From Laetmonice hystrix (lineage: Eukaryota): a stretch of 64,000 nt of DNA. Shown piece by piece: positions 11,590-23,400 of the stretch. The stretch spans positions 25,608,001-25,672,000 of the forward strand of contig OZ249436.1 in NCBI GenBank assembly GCA_965235115.1, read 5' to 3'. Every line of letters begins with the position of its first letter. Within the stretch, counting starts at the first letter, position 1. A program made the translations under genes and the position numbers. The notes under the pieces are model-generated. The model did not search any database. It saw nothing but the letters and a program-made list of their open reading frames with translations, and was not told where the DNA came from.

Positions 11590-11788
11590 ATGGACTTGTT
11601 AGAAGTAGTTGTTTCGCGTACGGTTGACTTGAAACAAAGAGATCGTGACCTCTGCTGATTGGCTAATCAGGGGGTCAACGTAAAAAAGGCACCAGGGGGC
11701 GATGGTGTGTGTTGTAGGTAACCGTAAGGAGTCGCCACCTTGTCCACCTCCCAAGTTTGATAAATTGCATTATGGCTATAATGTTGTA
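11590..11788 (-). repeat. Ngaro split direct repeat A1 (5' terminus)
   Basis: Copy of 4993-5191; contains CTGATTGGCTAATCAG (CCAAT on the minus strand). Confidence 0.93.
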
Positions 11789-14700
11789 TTTAATTAATGG
11801 GCTCCGCAGCACCAACCCACTGCATTAACATTTGTTTACCAGCTTAGCGCACCTTGTAAAATTTTTTCAAGTGCGTAAAAATGCGTGTCCACCTCCACAT
11901 ACTTTAAAAATCACTATACCCACCCAGCGACATCCACTCTAATACACGCCTAAAAGGAACTTCACTGTCCCATTTGATTCTCCAGCACGTATAGGATGTT
12001 TCAAGTAACATTCATCCACGGTCTGGCCCAATAACGTGCAACAAGGCATAGTAAGTCAATGCGAGCTCGCATGTCAAACCTAACCCGCCCCCCAGCACAT
12101 GAGCTGAAAATATTCAAATAGCTTGAAAACTAGAATATAGCTTTGCTTAATACCATTATACCATCAACTCGCATTACAGGCCTAATGCGAAGCTCCCAGC
12201 CTAAAACGAGTTTCCAATTAATTTAAAGTTAACAAGATGCACTAATAATCGATTCCAAGCCTAATTAGGCCATTGCTAGTTGGATAACCAAATCTCATAC
12301 AAAATACACCCTCCCGGCAGATGACCTGAGAATATTCAACTCTTATGTCCGATATATCCCTGTCCGCTTAGTAGCACCCAGCCGTGCCCCCATTTTGACA
12401 TTGAAACACCAATACAGCAAGTGCCCAGCTAACAGCACAAATAACAGGATTCAGGGCTTCCTACCACGTTACAAGTCACAATAGATTGCTGCCTGTCGTA
12501 AAAATATACCAGACCATTTTAAAAAGTCACAGAACCCCAATCCGGCCCTAATATGTCACTCCCAGTACCAATACACGCTGGAAGCACCATCAACTGAAAT
12601 TCACACCTAGAACCCACCTCTCTCTACCAATATCATGCACCTAGTCCGTATACGAGGTTGTAATTTACTTTAATCAACGGGCTGCGCCGCAGCAACCCAC
12701 TCTGGTCTTTGCAATCTTTTTCAATATGCGTTAACATTTGTGACCAGCTCAACGCGCCTTGTAAAATTTTTCAAAGTGCGTAAAAGTGTGTGTCCACCCC
12801 GACACGCTTTCCAAACCACTATACCCACCGAGCGACATCCACTCAAATACAGGCTTCGACCGATCCTCACTGTGCCAATAATCCGCCACAAGGCAAATTC
12901 AGTCAATGCAAGCTGGAAAATCGAATGTCAAACCTAATGCTCCCGCCCCCAGCACGTTAACTGAAAATAATCAACTAGCTTGAAAACTAGAATATAGCTT
13001 TGTTTAGCTAACAATCTACTCTCCCAGCGCCATCAACTCGCATACAGGCGTAAAAGCAAACGCACTGCCCCATATAATGCTCCCAGCCTAAAACGATGTT
13101 GCAATTAATTTAAAATTAACAAGATGCACTAGTAATCCGATCCAAGCCTAATTACGTCATTGCTAGTTTCATAACCAAATCTCACAGAAAATACCCCACC
13201 CGGGCACATAACCTGAAAATATTCAACTTTTATCTCCAATGTATCCCTGTGCACCTAGTAGCACCCAAGCGGGCCCAATTTTGACATTCCAACACAAATA
13301 CCGCAAATACCCGCACAAAAAACTTTCTACCCCGTTGCAAGTCACATTAGCTTGCTGCTTGTCGTAAAAAAATGGTGCAGACCATTTCTAAAGTCACAGT
13401 ACCCCACTCCCGGCCTAATATTACGTTTGAGTATCCATATACGCTGCAAGCGGCAGGAACTCGAATACAGGCCTAAAAGTAACCCCAGTCTAGCAATATC
13501 ATACTCCCATGCCATATACGAGCTTGTAATTATCTTTAATTAATGGGCTCCGCAGCACCAACCCACTGCATTAACATTTGTTTACCAGCTCAACGCACCT
13601 TGTAAAATTTTTTCAAGTGCGTAAAAATGCGTGTCCACCTCCACATACTTTAAAAATCACTATACCCACCCAGCGACATCCACTCTAATACACGCCTAAA
13701 AGGAACTTCACTGTCCCATTTGATTCTCCAGCACGTATAGGATGTTTCAAGTAACATTCATCCACGGTCTGGCCCAATAACGTGCAACAAGGCATAGTAA
13801 GTCAATGCGAGCTCGCATGTCAAACCTAACCCGCCCCCCAGCACATGAGCTGAAAATATTCAAATAGCTTGAAAACTAGAATATAGCTTTGCTTAATACC
13901 ATTATACCATCAACTCGCATTACAGGCCTAATGCGAAGCTCCCAGCCTAAAACGAGTTTCCAATTAATTTAAAGTTAACAAGATGCACTAATAATCGATT
14001 CCAAGCCTAATTAGGCCATTGCTAGTTGGATAACCAAATCTCATACAAAATACACCCTCCCGGCAGATGACCTGAGAATATTCAACTCTTATGTCCGATA
14101 TATCCCTGTCCGCTTAGTAGCACCCAGCCGGGCCCCCATTTTGACATTGCAACACCAATACAGCAAGTGCCCAGCTAACAGCACAAATAACAGGATTCAG
14201 GGCTTCCTACCACGTTACAAGTCACAATAGATTGCTGCCTGTCGTAAAAATATACCAGACCATTTTAAAAAGTCACAGAACCCCAATCCGGCCCTAATAT
14301 GTCACTCCCAGTACCAATAGACGCTGGAAGCACCATCAACTGAATTTCAGGCCTAGAACCCACCTCTCTCTACCAATATCATGCACCTAGTCCGTATACG
14401 AGGTTGTAATTTACTTTAATCAACGGGCTGCGCCGCAGCAACCCACTCTGGTCTTTGCAATCTTTTTCAATATGCGTTAACATTTGTGACCAGCTCAACG
14501 CGCCTTGTAAAATTTTTCAAAGTGCGTAAAAGTGTGTGTCCACCCCGACACGCTTTCCAAACCACTATACCCACCGAGCGACATCCACTCAAATACAGGC
14601 TTCGACCGATCCTCACTGTGCCAATAATCCGCCACAAGGCAAATTCAGTCAATGCAAGCTGGAAAATCGAATGTCAAACCTAATGCTCCCCCCCCCCAGC

Positions 14701-15544
14701 ACGTTAACTGAAAATAATCAACTAGCTTGAAAACTAGAATATAGCTTTGTTTAGCTAACAATCTACTCTCCCAGCGCCATCAACTCGCATACAGGCGTAA
14801 AAGCAAACGCACTGCCCCATATAATGCTCCCAGCCTAAAACGATGTTGCAATTAATTTAAAATTAACAAGATGCACTAGTAATCCGATCCAAGCCTAATT
14901 ACGTCATTGCTAGTTTCATAACCAAATCTCACAGAAAATACCCCACTCGGGCACATAACCTGAAAATATTCAACTTTTATCTCCAATGTATCCCTGTGCA
15001 CCTAGTAGCACCCAAGCGGGCCCAATTTTGACATTCCAACACAAATACCGCAAATACCCGCCTAATGGCACAAAAAACTTTCTACCCCGTTGCAAGTCAC
15101 ATTAGCTTGCTGCTTGTCGTAAAAAATGGTGCAGACCATTTCTAAAGTCACAGTACCCCACTCCCGGCCTAATATTACGTTTCAGTATCCATATACGCTG
15201 CAAGCGGCAGGAACTCGAATACAGGCCTAAAAGTAACCCCAGTTTAGCAATATCATACTCCCATGCCATATACGAGCTTGTAATTATCTTTAATTAATGG
15301 GCTCCGCAGCACCAACCCACTGCATTAACATTTGTTTACCAGCTTAACGCACCTTGTAAAATTTTTTCAAGTGCGTAAAAATGCGTGTCCACCTCCACAT
15401 ACTTTAAAAATGACTATACCCACCCAGCAACATCCACTCTAATACACGCCTAAAAGGAACTTCCCTGTCCCATTTGATTCTCCAGCACGTATAGGATGTT
15501 TCAAGTAACATTCATCCAGGGTCTGGCCCAATAACGTGCAACAA
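11789..15544. repeat. 1753-bp satellite array, block 2
   Basis: Resumes with TTTAATTAATGGGCTCC exactly where block 1 was interrupted; unit-marker ORFs at 12721 and 14467. Confidence 0.97.
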
Positions 15545-15545
15545 A

Positions 15546-16193
15546 GGGGAGCCTTCGGTTTCCCAACCATCTGCCGGTAAAACCTACTCTGATGCTGTCG
15601 GAGTAAATGTCTCGCCTTCACACGATAAATTTATTTCTCCTAAACGGCTGAACGTCATTATCGAGGGTGTCCCTGAAACTACTGGCGAAAACATCTATGA
15701 GAAGGTGATCTCCATTATTTCATCACTGGGATTTGAACTCCAACCAAGGGATTTCTCGACTATGACGCGACTAAACAGGAGAATACGTAACAACAGGCCG
15801 AAACCAATTCTTGCCTGTTTTACTCAAGTCCAAAATAGAGACTCTGTTCTGAGGGCTAAAGCCAAACTACGCCTCAATGACGACCTCAAAGCCGTGATCA
15901 TTAACCCTGACGAAACCCTGGCTGCTCGACGGCTACGTAACAAGCTCCGTCGTATGGCATTGTTTGCGCGAGAGAAAGGGGCCCGAGCTACATTCAACCA
16001 CGAAGGTATAAATATAAATGACTCCTTCTACTCGGTGGGCCAGCTCGACCAAATCCCTTCTGAATGGGTCCCACCGATCCCTCCACTTACAGCCCCTGTT
16101 GTACCAAACGATGCACCGTCCAGCCCGGCTACTGCAGCGCCCCCCCGCGACCAATCACGGAACTGCCACCTCCAAGTATACACTAACGCCTAG
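15546..16193 (+). CDS. LINE ORF1, 5'-truncated, L1-type RRM/CTD (Transposase_22-like) region
   Basis: The frame is open from the insertion junction: ..TYSDAV..KRLNVIIEGVPE..RPKPILACF..RDSVLRAKAKL..VIINPDET..RRLRNKLR, typical ORF1p RRM-CTD motifs. Confidence 0.82.
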   Translation, partial: GEPSVSQPSAGKTYSDAVGVNVSPSHDKFISPKRLNVIIEGVPETTGENIYEKVISIISSLGFELQPRDFSTMTRLNRRIRNNRPKPILACFTQVQNRDSVLRAKAKLRLNDDLKAVIINPDETLAARRLRNKLRRMALFAREKGARATFNHEGININDSFYSVGQLDQIPSEWVPPIPPLTAPVVPNDAPSSPATAAPPRDQSRNCHLQVYTNA

Positions 16194-16665
16194 TGGCATC
16201 ACCTTCTGTGGGTCTGGCTGTTTCCTCAGCAACTTTTACCCTTGCACGTTAACCTTTAACGCTGTTCAGTACTGCTCAGTTGAGCAAGGCTATCAACACC
16301 TGAAAGCTAGTGCTGAAAGGGACATGGACACCGCAAATCGTGTTATGAAACTGTCGGACCCCTTCTCTATAAAGAAACTTGGAGATGATGTTGTCACATC
16401 TGCCGCATGGATCCAGATGCGTGAACATAAGATGAGGGCTCTCACTTCTGCTAAATTCAGGCAGAACCCCAACTTGGCTAATCTGCTGCTGGCCACCAAC
16501 CCTAGCATCTTGATTGAAGCTACACGTGACCCCTACTGGGGCGGAGGCTGCGCCTTCGGTGCGAAGGAGTACTCAATTAAAGATTGGCATGGTAAAAACA
16601 TGCTAGGTAATATATTGATGGATCTACGTGAGGATTTAAAGCGTGAAAGTCCTTCAGTCAATTAG
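16018..16665 (+). CDS. NADAR (YbiA-like) domain, probable C-terminus of LINE ORF1 via a +1 shift at the C7 run 16140-16146
   Basis: FLSNFY, SVEQGYQHLKA, AKFRQNPNL..LLLAT, LIEATRDPYWGGG and GKNMLGNILMDLR match the NADAR/YbiA motif series in order. Confidence 0.88.
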   Translation: MTPSTRWASSTKSLLNGSHRSLHLQPLLYQTMHRPARLLQRPPATNHGTATSKYTLTPSGITFCGSGCFLSNFYPCTLTFNAVQYCSVEQGYQHLKASAERDMDTANRVMKLSDPFSIKKLGDDVVTSAAWIQMREHKMRALTSAKFRQNPNLANLLLATNPSILIEATRDPYWGGGCAFGAKEYSIKDWHGKNMLGNILMDLREDLKRESPSVN

Positions 16666-16721
16666 TGCTTGTAGCGCTATCTCGCGAGGAACAATTCTTC
16701 TCACCGCATGTTATGTGATTT

Positions 16722-17630
16722 AAGCTTGCCTTACCGCCCATGAGATACCGTTATATCCTTGCAATGTATATGATTTATGCTTGAACTAGCCATCCTCGGG
16801 TCCGTGTGGTCATTTGGATCCCTAGCCTTACTCACTGTATTGACTACATCGCCCATGAGATACCGTTATATCCTGTAAGATAATATTCCTCTCATCCATG
16901 TGCGAGTCCTTCAAGCTTGCCTTACCGCCCATGAGATACCGTTATATCCGTGCAATGTATATGACTTATGCTTAAACTAGGCATCCTCGGGTCCGTGTGG
17001 TCATTTGGATCCCTAGCCTTACTCATTGTATTGACTGCATCGCCCATGAGATACCGTTATTACGTGTAAGATAATATTCCTCTCATCCATGTGCGAGTCA
17101 TTTAAGCTTGCCTTACCGCCCATGAGATACCGTTATATCCTTGCAATGTATATGATTTATGCTTGAACTAGGCATCCTTGGGTCCGTGTGGTCATTTGGA
17201 TCCCTAGCCTTACTCATTGTATTGACTGCATCGCCCATGAGATACCGTTATATCCTGTAAGATAATATTCCTCTCATCCATGTGCGAGTCCTTCAAGCTT
17301 GCCTTACCGCCCATGAGATACCGTTATATCCTTGCAATGTATATGATTTATACTTGAACTAGGCATCCTTGGGTCCGTGTGGTCATTTGGATCCCTAGCC
17401 TTACTCATTGTATTGACTGCATCGCCCATGAGATACCGTTATATCCTGTAAGATAATATTCCTCTCATCCATGTGCGAGTCATTTAAGCTTGCCTTACCG
17501 CCCATGAGATACCGTTTTATCCGTGCGATGTATATGATTTATGCTTGAACTAGGCATCCTTGGGTCCGTGTGGTCATTTGGATCCCTAGCCTTACTCATT
17601 GTATTGACTGCATCGCCCATGAGATACCGT
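16722..17630. repeat. 191-bp tandem array in the LINE inter-ORF region (continues at 29628-~29680)
   Basis: AAGCTTGCC at 16722, 16913, 17104, 17295 and 17486. Each unit holds two copies of CGCCCATGAGATACCGTTAT. Confidence 0.93.
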
Positions 17631-18546
17631 TGTGTTGGAGTACACCACTAGTAACTTTTAACAAATACGGTTTTATACATCAGTTTTAGCTAGTCACACA
17701 ATTTCCTATGTTAGAGTATCCAAACCAACAGCAAGCCTTAGCCAGAAGGGCAACAGGTACAACTACAGAGTCATAAATCATTCGCCTACAGGAGGAAGGT
17801 TCAGCAGGTACAGCAGAAAAGCAATAACTCATCCACCTTACCAGCCCAAACCCCTCCACAGGTTCAGGTAGTGCAGGCTTAGTCACGAACCAAGAAAATC
17901 CCCCGAAAAGCTGGTAGATATATATAGACGCGCAACCTTGCAGTAGTCGTATGTGGTTTTAACTTGGAGATGAGCAGACGTGGAGTTCTCTCGCTCAGCA
18001 CTTAGCTTTCTCATCATCCCGCACTTGGGAGGTTTTCGGCATTCAGCCTTTGCAATAGGAGATCAGTACGGAAACAAGACTTTGCAGATTCTTCGGAATT
18101 ACTGAGAAACGTTTAGGATTCAGACTTTCGGACATTACGCATCACAGCTACTAGGGGAGTTCAGAGAAAGGGAGGTGAGAGTCAAAACTTGTAGCGTATG
18201 TGAATACCACACTTGTACTTTACTTCAACTTCAGAGGAGACACTTGTACTTTACTTCAACCTCAGAGGAGACACTTGTACTTTACATCTACCGCGAGGAG
18301 ATATCTGTACTCTACACACGGACGAACTCTACATCCGGATTGTCTTAATAAATGATTGAACCTTCGACCGCTAGTCATCCCTCAGTCTGAGTTGGACCCC
18401 ATCTCACGAAGCCATACGATCAGAGCCTAGCTTACCCCTACGCTTAGAAGACATTTATCGGAAAAACCCTCTCGCAATAGCCAAAGCTCTACCCCAACTT
18501 CGAATACCCATTTAAACTGCAAAACCCTAAACAAAGGCCCGATACA
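17631..18546 (+). repeat. 5' LTR
   Basis: TGTGTTGG..GATACA; near-identical to 28708-29623 (one substitution seen); TATATA near 17918, AATAAA at 18347, internal ~31-bp repeats at 18208-18320. Confidence 0.96.
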
Positions 18547-18548
18547 CT

Positions 18549-18559
18549 TGGTGGAGAAT
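18549..18559 (+). promoter_or_regulatory. Primer-binding site, probably tRNA-Ala
   Basis: TGGTGGAGAAT, 2 nt after the LTR, is complementary to ATTCTCCACCA, a eukaryotic tRNA-Ala-type 3' end. Confidence 0.75.
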
Positions 18560-19221
18560 CCAAACGGCGGACGCTAAGGGAGGATACACTTCGTGGAGAA
18601 TCCAAACGGCGGATCACCACGGGAGGAACCACGAAATACTTAGTGGACAGCCCAACTACAGCAAACTATACGGAACACCTGTGGAAAAGCCCAACGTTGG
18701 AGATACCTTCACGGGGAGCTTGAACTACAGGATAACTACGGTGGAGAACATTACCTCATAAAACTCAAGTATGGCGAGATGTTTCTGATTGGACTACTCT
18801 ACAGAGACTGACGAAACTACTTTCGGGTACGCTTTAAAATTTATTTTACAAAGAGGGGAGCCGGTGGTGCCCGACCCCCCTCAACCGGTCCGGCCGGAGC
18901 CCGCGGCACGCGTCGCCCCCCGCGCCAAGGCTGGCGACGCCCGGCCACTCTTTCGTCTCATCGTCTCTCTGGAAGAAAAGACAACTACGGTCAGCACCTG
19001 ATTTTCAGCCGGTCGAATTACGAGGCAACAATCGCATAGTAATCGAGGGACACTCCTTCAACATAACAGATTTACAGGAAGACCATCAACTTTCTGCGAG
19101 CGGGAACTCTACAGCCGGTGATAGTGGTAAGGCGCGTTTTAATCTCTCCCAAGCACACCACATACCAGACGCGCCTCCAGATCTCCGGCAACCATTTCGG
19201 CTTCAACAACAAGACATCGAC

Positions 19222-20451
19222 ATGAACGGGGACGATGCCGCCCCGCAGCAGCCGGCTCCACAGCCACCACAGCCAGGGGCTCCACAGCCAGGGGCTCCAC
19301 AGCCACCACAGCCAGGGGCTCCACAACCACTGCAACCAGGGCCTCAGCAGCCACCACTGCCGGATGCCCAGCAAGTAGGTCCGATCCAGATTCCCCCTCC
19401 AAACCCACACCCCGACGGTGACGGACAAGGCAACAATGTGAACGGGGAAATTCAAGCCCATCGTGACGAAGATACGGCGGGAAGCTCGGTAACTAGAAGC
19501 GATGTAGGGAGGCTACCCTACCATAAACTACCCACTCTACATTTACCAACATTTTCAGGATCTGCCAATGAAAACATTCGAACATATTTTGATGAAACAG
19601 AGAGTTTGGCGCGCATCTACGGATGGCCAGATGATCACACCCTAGCAATGGCACTGCATGGTCTCAAAGACAGAGCAGCTGACTGGATGAGAGCATTGGA
19701 CGCCACGGCAACGGCATCTTATTCAGCTTTCAAGTCCCATATGATTGACATTTTCAGAGACAAACGGCCCACTTGGCAAAAGCACAGGGATCTTTTCGGC
19801 TTAAAGCAACAGAAAGGTCAGACAGCTCTCGATTTCGCGGGAACGCTCCGACACAAACAGCGCAACTATGACGTCACTGATCAAATTCTTACATCGGTCT
19901 TTATCGGAGGTTTGGAACCGTCTCTCAGTAACCTTTTGGCAGTACAGAACCCATCAACATTCGCCGAGGCAGTCGAGATGGCTTCCCGCCTGGAAACGGT
20001 AGGCCCGCAGACGAAGTCATGCGCCGCAACGGAGTCAGCACCACTAGGCCGTTACGATAACATTTTAGCGGCACTCGCCAGAATCGAGAGATCCCAGGCG
20101 CGAGGCTCAGGAAATCAACACCAGGGCCAACAGCAATGGGACAGACGAGGCTATAGGGGAAGGTATGGCAACGCTCCTCAGTGGAGGGAGAAGGGAAGCA
20201 GCGCGACCCAGCAAAACACCCCCCCGGAGGACGGCAGCCCATACTGCGCTTATCACAAGTCCCGCGGCCACTCCACTGACGCGTGCCGATGGTTACAGAA
20301 CACCGCCAGACGCGGCGCCCGTCACTTCACTGACCAGCCGAACCATTTAATTGGGGCCAAGGCCAGATTTCAACCTGACGACCATTCTCAACTTACATAT
20401 CAGGACCAGGGAAACGCCCAGCGTGTCCCTCGACAGTCACCAAGGTATTAG
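19222..20451 (+). CDS. gag: Gypsy Gag
   Basis: P/Q-rich N-terminus, LPTFSG capsid start, LKQQKGQ..F MHR-like region and CAYHKSRGHSTDAC knuckle. Confidence 0.92.
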   Translation: MNGDDAAPQQPAPQPPQPGAPQPGAPQPPQPGAPQPLQPGPQQPPLPDAQQVGPIQIPPPNPHPDGDGQGNNVNGEIQAHRDEDTAGSSVTRSDVGRLPYHKLPTLHLPTFSGSANENIRTYFDETESLARIYGWPDDHTLAMALHGLKDRAADWMRALDATATASYSAFKSHMIDIFRDKRPTWQKHRDLFGLKQQKGQTALDFAGTLRHKQRNYDVTDQILTSVFIGGLEPSLSNLLAVQNPSTFAEAVEMASRLETVGPQTKSCAATESAPLGRYDNILAALARIERSQARGSGNQHQGQQQWDRRGYRGRYGNAPQWREKGSSATQQNTPPEDGSPYCAYHKSRGHSTDACRWLQNTARRGARHFTDQPNHLIGAKARFQPDDHSQLTYQDQGNAQRVPRQSPRY

Positions 20452-20468
20452 CACTCTGTCAGAGGGAC
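20409..20468 (+). promoter_or_regulatory. -1 ribosomal frameshift signal (G GGA AAC plus stem-loop)
   Basis: The heptamer is in gag phase and the -1 frame is open into pol. Stem GTCCCTC-GACAG / CTGTC-A-GAGGGAC starts 9 nt downstream. Confidence 0.85.
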
Positions 20469-20483
20469 GATAATTCGATTGTA

Positions 20484-23400
20484 ATGCCATTCAAGAAACA
20501 TATATCTCTACCACCCCTTCTACAAATTCAGTTCACAGATCACCGCATGTGGGCAGCAGTCGACACGTGCGCCAGCCACACATATATCTCACATACAGCG
20601 CTCTCGCGAGTACCAGCTGATCTGGTGCTTGAAACACGATCTGTTAATGACTCTGTAACACTAGCTGACGGCAGCACAGCCATGGCAAGTACAGTAGTTT
20701 GCTTACGCTTCCAGCTTGATACATTTACCATCTGTTTCGAGTTTACGGTGATAGACAACCTCACACAGGATGTTATTTTAGGTCGAGACTTTCTAATTGC
20801 AACGAGGGCTTCAGTGGATTTCGATAGAGCACACGTGACTCTATGGGATAGCATCACAGTGCACACGGTTGGGAAAGTTCATTTGCCACCTTTTTCGGAA
20901 GTTATTATGTTTTGCTCCATTTCTCGGGACGTACCTGATGGGACGGAGGTATATATCACCCCCACACAGACGGGACCAGATGCGTTTATCGCAGGCAAGT
21001 CAGTTGACGTTGTTGGTAATGGAGGAGTTTTTGTATCTGTTCTGAACCCCACGGATGAAGTTATCACCATCACTCCATCTACAGTGACGGCATACGCGGA
21101 CAGAGATTTTGCTCCTTCACGGGACGACCCGCACCTTCCTACCAATTACAAGCAGGTATCGGCGATGGAATCTCGGGAAACGCCCAGGGAACCCATATCA
21201 TTTGATTTGGAACACTCGGATATTACCGACAGTCAAAAGGAACAATTTCGTGACATGCTGGAATCAAACAGACTAGCTTTTGCGGATTCACTCCAGGAGC
21301 TTGGCTCGTGCGACTTGGCACCTATGTCAATAGAAGTCGAGCCGAACGCCCAGCCCGTCACAACGGCACCATACAGGTACGGTCCTAATCAAATTACACG
21401 CATTCAAGAACACATTGGAGAACTTTTAAAGGCAGATGTTATCGAACCATCAGACTCAGTTTGGAGAAGTCCGCTGGTCGTTGTGAAGAAAAAGGATGGT
21501 GGACTACGCCTATGCACCGATTTTAGGCGGTTAAACAAGATAACGATGAAGCGAAAATTTCCCATGCCCGTGGCGCGCTCACTATTTTCACTAATTGCCG
21601 CGAAAAAGCCTCGTTTTCATAGCAAATTAGATCTGCGCTCGGGATTTTTTGAGTGTTCTATAGATGAATCCTCGAGAAAATACACCGCTTTCGAAGCACC
21701 GATCGAAGGAGTCTTGCAATACAAGAAAATTCCAATGGGACTCGTTGGAGCTCCATGGGCATTCTCAAAAGTAATGTCGCTAGCGCTGAAAGGCCTCGTA
21801 CCGCGAGTTTGCGTATCGTACATGGACGATCTCCTCGCGTCAGATCCGGACTTTGATACTCATTTGAGTAACGTTGACCAAATTTTGAAAGCTTTGATAC
21901 GCGCATCATTAACTCTTAAGCCTGAGAAATGCGAATGGTGTAGATCCGAAGTAGACTTCTTAGGGTTTGTTCTATCTGATAAAGGTATCTCGGCGCAACA
22001 GAGAATTTTATCGAAAGTAGATCATTTTGAGAAACCCAGAAGCGCTAGGACGGTGAGAGCATTCTTAGGACTTTGCTCCTATTACAGAATATTTATTCCG
22101 AGATTTCCGAACTTGGCAGCACCGCTTTACGAATTGCTTAAGAAAGAAGCTAAATTTCAGTGGGGCAAGCCACAACAGGACGCTTTCGAATCTTTAAAAG
22201 CAGCACTTACATCACCGCCGATTCTAGTACACCCCGATTTCAATCAGACATTTTACCTGCTGACGGACAGCTCTTCGAGTGCATGCGGCGCTGCACTTTG
22301 TCACTTATCAGGTCAAATTTACCGGCCTATCTCCTTTTGGGGATGCACAATGTCTTCCGCCGAAATGAATTATACAGTGTCTGAGAAAGAAGCACTGTCT
22401 GTAATACGTGCGCTACAACATTTTCAGGACATCCTAGATGGCATGCGCATTATAGTGGTTACCGATCATAAGCCACTACTCACCCTACTGTCGAACGCGC
22501 AGAAAGCGCCGACAAGCAGGTTGACTCGATGGGCCTTGTTCATTACGGGCTTCGACATCGATTTTCAATATGAACCAGGTAAAACTCATTACTTAGCCGA
22601 TTTCCTATCTCGAGTACAGACAGGGCCGGCCCCGTCCACGGCATGCGAACCAGAGATCGGTGATGAGTGTTACACACAGTCAGGACAAGCACGCAACGTT
22701 GCACAAATAGATTTAACTTCAGCCCTAATAGGCGAAGCACCAGCCGCCCTAACAGGCGAGGCACCTCACGCATCCACAGACGATGCCACCGCAACAGTCG
22801 GTGTTACAATTCCCGCCTTCTCAGGTGGTACCACTGCCACAGTCAGTGAGATTATTCCCGCCTTCTCAGGTGATGCCACTGCACCAGTCAGTGAGATATT
22901 AGCCACAGCACGTGGTTACACAGGCCTATTTTCGCCCTCCGCAGGCGACACTCCGCCCTCCGCAGGCGACACTCCGCCCTCCGCAGGCGACACTCCGCCC
23001 TCCGCAGGCGACACTCCGCCCTCCGCAGGCGACTCCACTGCTGCAGACAGTGCGAGGTTTCAAGCCTCTACAGGCTCATCCGCTAATGCGCATAGCGGTC
23101 CCACTGCAACAGTCAGTGGCGTACGGCTCCGCCGCCCAGGCGAGGACGCTACTCCGTGTAGCGCTCTAGACCCCATCGTAGGGGACGTTATTAATTGTAA
23201 GGCACACGCTGAACATGGGCATGACGGCGCGTCGGCCATGAGTTGTTCTATTTCTGATAAGAAACGAACGAAGGACCGGTCCCGAGAAATTGGCCAGAAA
23301 GAGACGGTGGGGGTCGCTCCCCCTAGCAACGGCCAGAAAGGCGACTCTCAAGGCACACGCATCGACCTAACAGTCGACCGTATCATGCAGGAACAACGTT

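Larger units (their letters stand above)
4687..11788 (-). mobile_element. Ngaro-type (DIRS order) tyrosine-recombinase retrotransposon, apparently full length
   Basis: Minus-strand ORFs gag, RT/RH and YR with no methyltransferase. Split direct repeats A1(11590-11788)..B1(5196-5431)-A2(4993-5191)-B2(4687-4922). A TTTA core is present at both flanks (4683-4686, 11789-11792) and at the internal B1-A2 junction (5192-5195). The satellite resumes in register. Confidence 0.95.

Noticed and set aside
16018..16665. Stand-alone host or bacterial ybiA gene
   Set aside because: It has no convincing own start, overlaps LINE ORF1 and lies within the LINE TSD/poly(A) boundaries.
16722..17630. CRISPR-like array (CGCCCATGAGATACCGTTATATCC repeats)
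   Set aside because: The intervening sequences alternate between two repeated types rather than being unique spacers, there are no cas genes, and the context is a eukaryotic LINE.
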